This document shows positions 19,775-28,291 of a DNA stretch of 64,000 nt, piece after piece (the first letter of the stretch is position 1; the number at the start of each line of letters is the position of its first letter). Where the stretch lies: positions 14,119 through 78,118 of the forward strand of contig JBBRNJ010000039.1 in NCBI GenBank assembly GCA_038230375.1. Reading direction: 5' to 3'. The notes beneath the pieces were generated by a model, which saw only the letters and a list, made by a program, of their open reading frames with translations, was not told where the DNA came from and ran no database searches. Origin of the DNA: Polyangiales bacterium (lineage in GTDB: Bacteria > Myxococcota_A > Polyangia > Polyangiales > Polyangiaceae). The translations under genes were made by a program, and so were the position numbers.

Positions 19775-21877
19775 TTACAGTCCGATCGAGACGGCCGACG
19801 GCGCGAGGCACGCGACGACGAACGTGGATTTGAGAGCGTCGGTGGGCGCGGCGCCGGTCTTCACCGCAGCGTCGAAGTGCGACTGCAGCGCGGCGATCGA
19901 GGGAGCTGACCGCTTGTCGGAGGGCGTGAGCGCCATCACGATCTGCACGAAGTCGGCGGCGGCAGCGCCGGGCGCGGCGCTCGACCACTGCTTCTGACCA
20001 GCGACCGGGTTCTTCGGATCGACGACGAGGTCCGCGATGGCCCCGCAGATGTTCTCCGCGCCGGCGCGGAAGAAGAGGCTGGGCGCGTTCGGAAGCACCG
20101 GCGCGACGGAGCCGCGGCCATACCCATCCGACGGAAGCCCGGACACGATCTCGCTGATGGTGCCGATCGACTTTCCTTTCTGAACGGTGGTCGGGTCCAG
20201 GTCGCAGATGTCCGCGAACCCAAGGCGCGCGTTGAGCGCCGCGCAGAGGTGGTCACGTCGCGACACGGCGATGACCTCCCCCTGGTCCGCGAGGGTCTTC
20301 GTTGCCTTCGCGCTGGTGGTGATGGGTGACGAGAGCAGATCCCGCACGAGCGCGTTCCAGTCAAAGTGCGCGGCCGCGAACGCCGTCACGATTCGCTGCA
20401 CCTCCGGGTCCGCGGAGTCGCACTTGCGCGAGTTCGCGTAGTAGCAGAGCTTCTGCACCCAGGCCTGCGCGAAGAGGGGATGACTCGCGAGCGTGGCGCC
20501 GAACTCGTCGAGCGAAGCGACGGGCTTCGTCACGCCCTGGAACGAGAAGAGGCCCGGCTGCGCCGAGAAAGCAGCCTCCGTCTGGTTGTGATAGTTCCAC
20601 GACATCTGCGACGCGAAGATCGAGCGCGTCGGGTCCAGCGTCTGGTGGCACGACACGCACGCGGGAGAATTCGCGTGAGTCGCGTCCAGGCCAGGTGTGC
20701 TGGTCGGCTGCGTCGTGTCGGTGCCGTCCACCGCGGCGCCAAGGCCCACGATGAGCGCCTGGTTCATGGTGACGCGCATCTGGTTCGACGTGTTCGTCTG
20801 CCAGTTGGCGAAGAACGCGGGCGTGCTGAAGAAGCCCACGCGCGGCACGCGGAGCACGAGCTCCGTCCCGGCGCGCAGCTTGTCGAGCCCGTAGAACGGA
20901 GTGATCGGCTCCCCAGCTTTCGGCGCGCGCGTCGTGACCATCTTCCACGTCGCGAAGTCGTCGGCGGTGAGCGGACCAGCGAGCTGGCCCGCGATCGGCG
21001 GGCAATTGGTCCCGCCGTTGGGATTCGGACGTCCGTCGAGCGAGCCCTGAAGCACGCGCTGGACCGTGTTCGCAAGCCCTCCGCCCTTGTACACGATCGG
21101 GTCGGTGAAGCAGCCTGGGTATGCGGCGTCGAGGGTCGCGAGGTTGGGATTCGTGAACGTCAGGAAGTTCGCGTTCGTCGGGTCGAGCGAGTCGGCGATC
21201 GGGATATCCGTTCCGGTGATCGTCACCTTGGCGTTCGGATAGAGCGCGCGCATGCGGTCCGTGACCTTGCCGGCGTCGTCTACCTGCCACGCATCCAGGT
21301 ACGCGTAGAATTCCATGAGCGCGGGGGTCATCATGAACGACCGCGTGGTCATCGCCTCCGTGAGCGAGTGCCCCTGGGAGACGAGCGCCGAGACGGTCCG
21401 CGCGAAGCTCTCGATCGCATTCTGGACCAGCAGCGGCGTGGTCTGCTTGTTGATCGAGACGCGCTGCGGGAAGGTCTGGTCGGTGAAGTCCACGTCGGCG
21501 ATCTGCGTTTGCTGGAACGCGAGCTCGAAGAAGCGGATCATCTTCGTCTGGTACTGCGGAAGCTGCTGCCACTGTCCGATGAGCGTCGCGAGCTTGCTCG
21601 GATCCGCCTCCACGGCCTTGACCTCCTCGTCAGTGGGGGGAAGGCCAACGAGGATGTTCTTCACCTTGGCGACGTAGACGGCTGGCGGAGACGTCTCGAC
21701 CGGGAGGGGCGCACTCGCTGCTGAAAGCGGCTGCGCGGGCTGTCCCGTGGAGTCGTCGTGCGAGCCCCCGCCGGTTCCGCAGGCGGCCAGGGCGGCGAGC
21801 GCAGACACGAGCGTGCCGGCGAGCATGGTGGTTCTGTTCCGCATTCGTGACCTCTGGTGTTCGGTGGAGTGGTTCAT
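19775..21877 (-). CDS. Lipoprotein with a c-type heme motif, PSD/DUF1549-1585-1588-like
   Basis: Lipobox LAAC; CVSCHQTLDP; C-terminal FAQAWVQKLCYYANSR...FDWNALVRDLLSS resembles DUF1585; ATGA overlap with the upstream gene. Confidence 0.7.
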   Translation of the reverse strand: MNHSTEHQRSRMRNRTTMLAGTLVSALAALAACGTGGGSHDDSTGQPAQPLSAASAPLPVETSPPAVYVAKVKNILVGLPPTDEEVKAVEADPSKLATLIGQWQQLPQYQTKMIRFFELAFQQTQIADVDFTDQTFPQRVSINKQTTPLLVQNAIESFARTVSALVSQGHSLTEAMTTRSFMMTPALMEFYAYLDAWQVDDAGKVTDRMRALYPNAKVTITGTDIPIADSLDPTNANFLTFTNPNLATLDAAYPGCFTDPIVYKGGGLANTVQRVLQGSLDGRPNPNGGTNCPPIAGQLAGPLTADDFATWKMVTTRAPKAGEPITPFYGLDKLRAGTELVLRVPRVGFFSTPAFFANWQTNTSNQMRVTMNQALIVGLGAAVDGTDTTQPTSTPGLDATHANSPACVSCHQTLDPTRSIFASQMSWNYHNQTEAAFSAQPGLFSFQGVTKPVASLDEFGATLASHPLFAQAWVQKLCYYANSRKCDSADPEVQRIVTAFAAAHFDWNALVRDLLSSPITTSAKATKTLADQGEVIAVSRRDHLCAALNARLGFADICDLDPTTVQKGKSIGTISEIVSGLPSDGYGRGSVAPVLPNAPSLFFRAGAENICGAIADLVVDPKNPVAGQKQWSSAAPGAAAADFVQIVMALTPSDKRSAPSIAALQSHFDAAVKTGAAPTDALKSTFVVACLAPSAVSIGL

Positions 21878-23100
21878 GGTTTGGCCCACGCGGCGATCGC
21901 TGCGCGCTGGGCATCCGTGAGAGCGATGGGGGCGCCGGGGGGTGGCATGGACGTGGCGGTGCCGGCCTGCGTGACGGTGCGCGCGTAGATGTGCTCGCGG
22001 CGCGCGCTCCACGTGGCGTAGGTGGAGAGATCGATGCTCGAGGAGTCCTTGCCACTGCCAGCCGGGCTATGACAGTTGCTGCAGACGGCGGCGTAGATGG
22101 GCTGGATGGTCGTGTTCCAGGAGGCCTCGTCGTCAGAGGCTCCGAGATCACCGGCGGCGCCCGCGCTCATGCGCGAGAGGTGACCACCGGTCAGCGTCCA
22201 CACGTCACCGGACGGAGAGCCGACAAGGCGCGCATCCGCGGGCAACGTACCGCCGGAGGCGAGCGTGACTGCGCCGGCGCGAAAGACGCCAAGGTCGCCG
22301 TCCACGGAGAACCAGATGTTGCTGCCAGCGCCCGCGAGCTGATGAATCGTGCGATCGCCAGCGTCGTAGAGAACCACCGCGGCGCCGGCGCTGACCTGGT
22401 AGAGGCGATGCGGCGTGGCCGCGAGCAGATCGCCCGCCTGGTCATAGGCAACGAGCTGCGCGTCGGGCAGCGTCACATCGCTCTCCTTGCCGCCGTCGAA
22501 CACCCGGACTGCGGCGCCGTCCGCGAGCGCGACCGCGCTGCCGTGAGCAGCGATCGCCTTCGCGCTTCCCTGGTAGCGCGTGACGTTCGCTCCGTCGGTG
22601 ACGGCGACGCCGGTCGCGAGCATGAACGCCGCGGTTGGTGCGCCGCCGGCGACGTCCTGCACCTTGTCCATCGCGAGCCCATACCTGTCGCTCACCGCGC
22701 TCGCGGGCGACCCATCGATGGACATGCGCTGGAGCACGCCGTTGCCATCCACCCCGACGACCCAGGTCGACTGGCCGTCGGGCGAGGGGAGCTGCGCCGC
22801 GGACTTCCATGTGGTGATCTCTCCGTCCGTGCTCACGACGGCGCCGCTCACGAGCGTGACGATCCCCTTCGACCCGAGCACAAGCAGCGACTTGTCGATC
22901 TCGACGACGGCCTGCGCGGCGCCCACGTCGAGGTTCGCCGGATTCCACGCCACGGTCGTGAGCGTCAGAGCCGCGGGTGCGGATGCCAACGAGCTCGTCG
23001 TGTTGTTGTGACTGCTGCTGCAACCAGCGAGCACGAGGAGGACGCACGCGAGCGACGGATGGCGGATGGGCAGCACGACGCGAACGTGAGCAACTCCCAT
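21874..23100 (-). CDS. Lipoprotein: beta-propeller-like region plus C-terminal monoheme cytochrome c
   Basis: Lipobox LAGC; IQPIYAAVCSNCH...SMPP...LTDAQRAAIAAW class I cytochrome c pattern; alternative GTG start at 23076. Confidence 0.8.
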   Translation of the reverse strand: MGVAHVRVVLPIRHPSLACVLLVLAGCSSSHNNTTSSLASAPAALTLTTVAWNPANLDVGAAQAVVEIDKSLLVLGSKGIVTLVSGAVVSTDGEITTWKSAAQLPSPDGQSTWVVGVDGNGVLQRMSIDGSPASAVSDRYGLAMDKVQDVAGGAPTAAFMLATGVAVTDGANVTRYQGSAKAIAAHGSAVALADGAAVRVFDGGKESDVTLPDAQLVAYDQAGDLLAATPHRLYQVSAGAAVVLYDAGDRTIHQLAGAGSNIWFSVDGDLGVFRAGAVTLASGGTLPADARLVGSPSGDVWTLTGGHLSRMSAGAAGDLGASDDEASWNTTIQPIYAAVCSNCHSPAGSGKDSSSIDLSTYATWSARREHIYARTVTQAGTATSMPPPGAPIALTDAQRAAIAAWAKP

Positions 23101-23271
23101 GCTAGGTGAAGTGGTGTGGAACTCCGACACAGAGGCCACGTGTAGACGACAGTTTGCACGACTCTCGGGGCCCGCCCTGGACGTGGGCGCGTTCACCCCA
23201 TGAACGAAAATCTGTTCTCGCGTGAGTCAGGGCACGGGCACTGCGGCAGCCGAGCGGATAGCCTCCGTGGA

Positions 23272-24468
23272 ATGCCGACGTACACGTCGCCTCCGCCAGC
23301 GCGGCCACTTCATCCCATCGCCGCGTGGCTCATCGATCGCAGCTCCCGGCGCGAGCCGCTCGAGTCGCTCTTCGACGGGCTGGCAACGAGGCTCGCTGCA
23401 CGAGGTGTCGTGGTCTCACGCATGTCCACGAGCATGCCAACGAAGCACCCCGAGGTCTACGTGCGCAACGTGGAGTGGAAGGCTTCTGGCATCCTCCTCG
23501 TCCGTCCGCGCAAGCACGACATCGTCGCCTCGCCTGAGTACAAAGGCAGCCCTGCGGCGCAGATCTTCGAGGGCGCGTCGTCCGTGCGGAAGCGCCTCAT
23601 CCCCGGGTCCGTGCTCGACCTACCGATCTACGTCGAGCTCGCCGCAGCTGGGGCAACGGACTACTACGCCACGTCGCTCGTCTTCGCGGATGGTGGCCGT
23701 ACGTTCTTCTCGTTCGCCACGGACGAGGCGAGCGGCTTTGCCGACGACGCGCTACAGCTCTTCGACGAGCTCGCGCCGTTCCTCGGGTTGCGGCTCGAGA
23801 TCGACGCCTCGCGCTTCACGCTGCAGTCGCTCCTCTCCGTGTACCTTGGCGAGAACGCGGCGGCGCGCGTCGTCTCGGGGAGCTTCAAGCGCGGCGGCGG
23901 AGAGATCATCCGCTGCGCCATCTTCTTCTCCGACATGCGCGGCTTCACGAACCTCGCAGATCACACGTCACCGCTCGACGTCGTGCGCACGCTCGACGCC
24001 TACTTCGAGCGCGTCGCCGGGCCCGTCGGCAACCACCGCGGCGAGGTGCTCAAGTTCATCGGCGACGCCGTGCTCGCGATCTTCCCCTGCACGTCGGGCG
24101 CGGACGGAAAGCCAGACGACGCCGCCGCGTGCAAGCGCGCGCTCGCCGCCGCACGAGAGGCCGTCACAGACCTCGCCGCGCTGAACCATGAGCGAGGCGG
24201 AGAGCCGCTCGCGCTCGGCATCGCGCTCCACCTTGGCGACGTGATGTACGGCAACATCGGCGCGCGCGATCGTCTGGATTTCACGGTCATCGGCGCGGCC
24301 GTGAACGAAGCAAGCCGCGTCGAGGGCATGTGCAAGGTCGTGGGCGCGAAGATCCTCATGACACGCGCTTTCCAGGAGGCGCACCCCAACGGCACGGTGA
24401 GCGTCGGACGACACGCGCTGAAAGGCGTGAGCGAGGAGCACGAGCTCTTCACCGTTGATGATGCGTGA
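23272..24468 (+). CDS. Class III adenylate/guanylate cyclase
   Basis: FSDMRGFT, LKFIGDAV (Lys suggests ATP specificity), GNIG...DFTVIGAAVNEASRVE. Confidence 0.92.
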   Translation: MPTYTSPPPARPLHPIAAWLIDRSSRREPLESLFDGLATRLAARGVVVSRMSTSMPTKHPEVYVRNVEWKASGILLVRPRKHDIVASPEYKGSPAAQIFEGASSVRKRLIPGSVLDLPIYVELAAAGATDYYATSLVFADGGRTFFSFATDEASGFADDALQLFDELAPFLGLRLEIDASRFTLQSLLSVYLGENAAARVVSGSFKRGGGEIIRCAIFFSDMRGFTNLADHTSPLDVVRTLDAYFERVAGPVGNHRGEVLKFIGDAVLAIFPCTSGADGKPDDAAACKRALAAAREAVTDLAALNHERGGEPLALGIALHLGDVMYGNIGARDRLDFTVIGAAVNEASRVEGMCKVVGAKILMTRAFQEAHPNGTVSVGRHALKGVSEEHELFTVDDA

Positions 24469-24487
24469 TGCTGTGCGAGAGGAACAG

Positions 24488-24560
24488 CGCCCCCGGCAAG
24501 AGTCGAACTTGCGACCAACGCTTTAGGAAAGCGCTGCTCTATCCACTGAGCTACGAGGGC
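24488..24560 (-). tRNA. tRNA-Arg (anticodon CCT), CCA end not encoded
   Basis: Cloverleaf GCCCTCG-TA-GCTC-AGTGGATA-GAGC-A-GCGCT-TTCCTAA-AGCGT-TGGTC-GCAAG-TTCGACT-CTTGC-CGGGGGC-G. Confidence 0.95.
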
Positions 24561-24647
24561 GGAAAACCACGCGAGAAAGCTCTCGCACGCTAGCTAGAAG
24601 CGGAGCTTCCCTCAAGTCGTACGTTGTGGTGGTAGCCTTTCCGGGTC

Positions 24648-25301
24648 ATGGCGAACTCCTCCCACCGCCTGGTTCTCCACTCGTACTGGCGCTCCTCCTC
24701 CTCTTATCGCGTTCGCATTGCCCTCGCGCTGAAGCAGGTGCCGCACGAGTTGGTGACGGTGAATCTGCTCTCCAACGAGCAGAAATCGGCGGCCTACATG
24801 AAGGCCATGAACCCGATGGGCAATGTTCCGTGCCTCGTCGTGGACGATGAGCCCTTCATCGAGTCCGTCGCCATCATCGAGCTGCTCGAGGACCTCTATC
24901 CCGAGCCGTCGCTGTATCCGAAGTCTCCCAGGGAGCGCGCGCACGTCCGCGCCCTGTGCGAGATCATCAATGCGGGCACACAGCCTTTCCAGAACCTCTC
25001 CGTCCTCGGTCGGCTCGAGTCCGACGACGCGCGCAAGGCGTGGGCCTCGAGCTTCATCGCTCGCGGGCTCGGCGCGTTCGAGACTCTCCTCGCGCAGCGC
25101 GAGCGCGCCGGTCCGTTCTGCTGCGGCGACACGATCAGCGCCGCCGACGTCTTCCTCGTGCCCCAGGTGATGGGCGCGGTTCGCTTCGGTGTGGATCTGG
25201 AGCCGATGCCGCGCATCCGCCGCGCAAACGAGGCCGTCCTCGCGCTTCCCGCCGTCCAGTCCGCACGCCCCGAGTCCCAGCCCGACGCGCTCAAGGCCTG
25301 A
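24648..25301 (+). CDS. maiA: Maleylacetoacetate isomerase (GST zeta class)
   Basis: YWRSSSSYRVRIAL, NPMGNVP, ESVAIIE, TQPFQNLSV, PESQPD. Confidence 0.88.
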   Translation: MANSSHRLVLHSYWRSSSSYRVRIALALKQVPHELVTVNLLSNEQKSAAYMKAMNPMGNVPCLVVDDEPFIESVAIIELLEDLYPEPSLYPKSPRERAHVRALCEIINAGTQPFQNLSVLGRLESDDARKAWASSFIARGLGAFETLLAQRERAGPFCCGDTISAADVFLVPQVMGAVRFGVDLEPMPRIRRANEAVLALPAVQSARPESQPDALKA

Positions 25302-25311
25302 TAAGGGGGCC

Positions 25312-26985
25312 GTGGAGCAGACGTTGCGTTCCTTCTTCACAGAGATCGCGCGCAGAGGTCGCCGGGCTGCCGGCCTCTCCTTGATCGCCACATGCGCGGT
25401 GCTGCTCTTGCCGTCGGCTGCCGTCGCCGGGCCGCTGCGCACCTGGGGCACGGACGACCCTCCGACGGACGTGCCGAAGGATCCTGCGCCCCCCGACGAC
25501 ACCGACCCTCCGCCTCCTCCGCCTCCTCCGCCTCCTCCACGGCCCACGCCCGTCGACACCGACACGCCGCCACCAGAAGAGGATCCGCACGCGGGCGTCG
25601 TGAGGACGCCGGGCAAGGTCGGCCTCAAGTACACGCTCGAGGGTGTCGAGGTCCGCGGCAACACCACCACGCTCTCGCGCGTGATCCTGAGCTACGTGCC
25701 GTTCCGCCCGGGCGACGTGCTGGACGTGGACAGCCGCGAGCTCGAGCAGCTTCGCTTTCGCCTCCTGGGCACCGGGTACTTCCGCGATGTGCAGCTGTCG
25801 TTGCGCAAGGGCTCGCGACGCGGACTCGTCATCCTCGTCGTCTCGATACGCGAGCGGAACACGATCATCCTGAACGACGTGTGGCTCGGGCTCTCCGCAG
25901 ACGCGGACCCCAGCGGCACTGCACGCCCCCTCACCGCGTACGCGGGCGTCGACGCCGCGGAGACGAACCTGCTCGGCACCGGCATGGCGCTCGGCGGCGC
26001 GATCGCGTTCGCGGATAGGCAGCTCGCGCTCCGTGCGCGCTTCTCCGATCCACACTACCTGCTACGTGTCGTCGGCATTCGCGCGGAAATGGTCTACAAC
26101 GACGCGCGCGATTTCTTCGGCAACCGCGACGTCCAGGTGGACGACCCGTCCCAGAAGACGAGCACTGACTACGCCATCGCGAACTACCGACGCTTCGGCG
26201 GACTCGTTGGCTTGAGCCGCGATCTGGGCACGTCCACGCAGCTCTTCTTCGACTACCGGCTCGAGCGCCTCGAGGCCACGCTCCCGCTGGCGGCCAGCCA
26301 CGTGCGCGGGCTGGATCGGGAGCCCATCAACTTCTTCATCGACCGCGGCGGCAGCGTGCTCTCGACCGCGCGCATGCAGTTCGCGTACGACACGCGCGAC
26401 GAGCCGATCCTCCCCACGCGCGGCCAGCAGCTCAACGCCTCCGCGGAGACCGCGCTCACGCCGCTCGGCGGCGACTACCCGTACACGAAGCTGTTCGTGC
26501 GCGGCACCACGCATCATCTCCTCTCGAACGGGCACGTGCTCCGCTTCGAGGCCACCGCGGGCGCCATCTTCGGCAACGCGCCCATGTTCGAGAAATTCTA
26601 CGTCGGCGACTTCACCGACCTCTTGCCCGATCGCGTGCTGGACCTTGCGTTCGATCGTCGCGCCGCGCCGAACTTCCTCGGCACCGCCGTGAAGGAGGTC
26701 CGCTACGGCGACCTTGCCGCGCGCGCCACGGTCGAGTACCGCATCCCGATCTACCGTGGACAGAAGACCACGTATGGCATCGACGCGTTCGGCAGCACTG
26801 GCCTCTATGCCATCGCAGAAAACCGCGACATCGCGGACCCGCCGCGCGGCTACACCGGCTTCGCGCGCTTCCCCGTCGACCTGACGCTGAACCTCGGCCT
26901 GCGCATCGACACGTCCGTCGGCGGGTTCGCGCTGGGCATCTCCAACGTACTCGGGTTCATCCCGGTGAGGAGCACATCGCAATGA
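25312..26985 (+). CDS. Omp85 (BamA/TamA) family protein with one POTRA domain and a poly-Pro linker
   Basis: Signal peptide; LEGVEVRGNTTT...RLLGTGYFRDV POTRA; ETNLLGTG; YDTRD...PTRG. Confidence 0.85.
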   Translation: MEQTLRSFFTEIARRGRRAAGLSLIATCAVLLLPSAAVAGPLRTWGTDDPPTDVPKDPAPPDDTDPPPPPPPPPPPRPTPVDTDTPPPEEDPHAGVVRTPGKVGLKYTLEGVEVRGNTTTLSRVILSYVPFRPGDVLDVDSRELEQLRFRLLGTGYFRDVQLSLRKGSRRGLVILVVSIRERNTIILNDVWLGLSADADPSGTARPLTAYAGVDAAETNLLGTGMALGGAIAFADRQLALRARFSDPHYLLRVVGIRAEMVYNDARDFFGNRDVQVDDPSQKTSTDYAIANYRRFGGLVGLSRDLGTSTQLFFDYRLERLEATLPLAASHVRGLDREPINFFIDRGGSVLSTARMQFAYDTRDEPILPTRGQQLNASAETALTPLGGDYPYTKLFVRGTTHHLLSNGHVLRFEATAGAIFGNAPMFEKFYVGDFTDLLPDRVLDLAFDRRAAPNFLGTAVKEVRYGDLAARATVEYRIPIYRGQKTTYGIDAFGSTGLYAIAENRDIADPPRGYTGFARFPVDLTLNLGLRIDTSVGGFALGISNVLGFIPVRSTSQ

Positions 26986-27686
26986 TGCGCGCCCCCTCCC
27001 GGTTCCTCGCGCGCCCGCGCATGACGCTCCTTGCGTTGGCGCTGTCCTTCGCGTTCGTCACGCCACGCGACGCGCACGCAGACGAGCCCGCGCCCGCCGC
27101 ACCGAAGACGCTGCCCGAGCGCGGCGCGAACTACACGTGGGACAAGGCGCTCTTGCGTGCGGGCTACTCGTATCGCGACGCGATGGATCGTCCGATGACG
27201 GACAAGCTGTCGTCGGGTCTGCCCACGGTGATCGCGATGCGCGCCTACGTGGTGAAAGACGGCTCGAACGATCCGGTCGCCCTCTCCATCCGCACCTGTC
27301 GCGTGGTCTACGATCTCTGGGATGAGGTGTATCGCATCCGCGTGTCCTCCTCCGGAGGCGAGCGCGAGAGCGCCGCCGTGAACGTGGAGGGTGTGCTGCG
27401 TCAATGCGCCGAGGTGCGCGACCAGGCCATCGTCGACCGCTCGCTCCTCGAGGTGGGGAAAGCCTACTATCTGGGCGTCATCGTCGAGGTGAATCCGATC
27501 TCCCCTCAGATGCTCGACCAGATGCGTCGGTGGGTGAGCAAGCCCGCGGGCGCCACCAGCATCGGGCCGGGCGATGCGCTCTTCGGCTCGTTCGTGGGCC
27601 TGTTCGTGCGGCAGATCGGCAGCGCGGACCGTACGGTCCGCTTCAAGACGCCCATCTTCACCCCCCCGCCTCCACCGTCGCCGTAG
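26982..27686 (+). CDS. Secreted DUF4390-like protein
   Basis: Signal peptide; LSSGLPTVI...RVVYDLWDEVY pattern; coupled to the Omp85 gene. Confidence 0.6.
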   Translation: MMRAPSRFLARPRMTLLALALSFAFVTPRDAHADEPAPAAPKTLPERGANYTWDKALLRAGYSYRDAMDRPMTDKLSSGLPTVIAMRAYVVKDGSNDPVALSIRTCRVVYDLWDEVYRIRVSSSGGERESAAVNVEGVLRQCAEVRDQAIVDRSLLEVGKAYYLGVIVEVNPISPQMLDQMRRWVSKPAGATSIGPGDALFGSFVGLFVRQIGSADRTVRFKTPIFTPPPPPSP

Positions 27687-27742
27687 CCCATATAGGCGAC
27701 AGTCCGACCAAAACTTTCGCCGGGTGGATGCGTCCAACAGGA

Positions 27743-28276
27743 ATGCAGCGCGCCCTCGCGTTCCTTTTCATGCTCTCGCTCGTCACGTTCGCCGTCCTTT
27801 CGCCGGAGGAGAGCGCCCGCGCCAGCGGCCAGAGCTCCCGCCGCGCGACCAAGATCATGGTCTCCAAGTCCGGCCACGAGATGAAGCTGTACGACAGCGC
27901 AGGGCTCATCGGCACCTACACGGTGTCCATCGGGAATGGCGGCACTGGGCCCAAGCTGCGCGAGGGCGACAGGGTGACGCCCGTCGGCAACTATCACGTC
28001 ACGTGGAAGGGCCCGTCGCGCTTCGGCACGTTCATGCTGCTCGACTATCCGAACGCGGACGACCGCGCGCGCTTCGCAAAGCTCAAGGCCACGGGCGCCA
28101 TCTCGAAGAACGCGCGCATCGGCGGCGACGTGGGCATCCACGGCGGCGGTCCGGTCTACGCCAAGGGCGACGAGATCAACGACTGGACACTTGGCTGTGT
28201 CGCCGTGGATGACGACCAGATCAAGGAAGTCGCCCCCATGGTCGCGCCAGGCACGCTGGTCGTCATCGAGGACTGA
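27743..28276 (+). CDS. L,D-transpeptidase (YkuD) family protein
   Basis: K-x-REGDRVTPVG, LDYPN, GIHG...WTLGCV catalytic His/Cys; signal peptide; alternative start 27728. Confidence 0.9.
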   Translation: MQRALAFLFMLSLVTFAVLSPEESARASGQSSRRATKIMVSKSGHEMKLYDSAGLIGTYTVSIGNGGTGPKLREGDRVTPVGNYHVTWKGPSRFGTFMLLDYPNADDRARFAKLKATGAISKNARIGGDVGIHGGGPVYAKGDEINDWTLGCVAVDDDQIKEVAPMVAPGTLVVIED

Positions 28277-28291
28277 GGCTATAGACCGGGC

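Noticed and set aside
23089..23104. Sigma-54-like TAGCATG-GGAG-TTGCT on the minus strand before the cytochrome operon
   Set aside because: It lacks the invariant GG at -24; noted only because it would favour the GTG start at 23076
24488..24560. tRNA as the attachment site of an integrated element
   Set aside because: No integrase, no duplicated tRNA 3' end noticed, and no compositional shift in the flanks
25508..25540. CCTCCGCCT repeat as a contingency locus
   Set aside because: It encodes an in-frame poly-Pro linker; a change in unit number would not shift the frame
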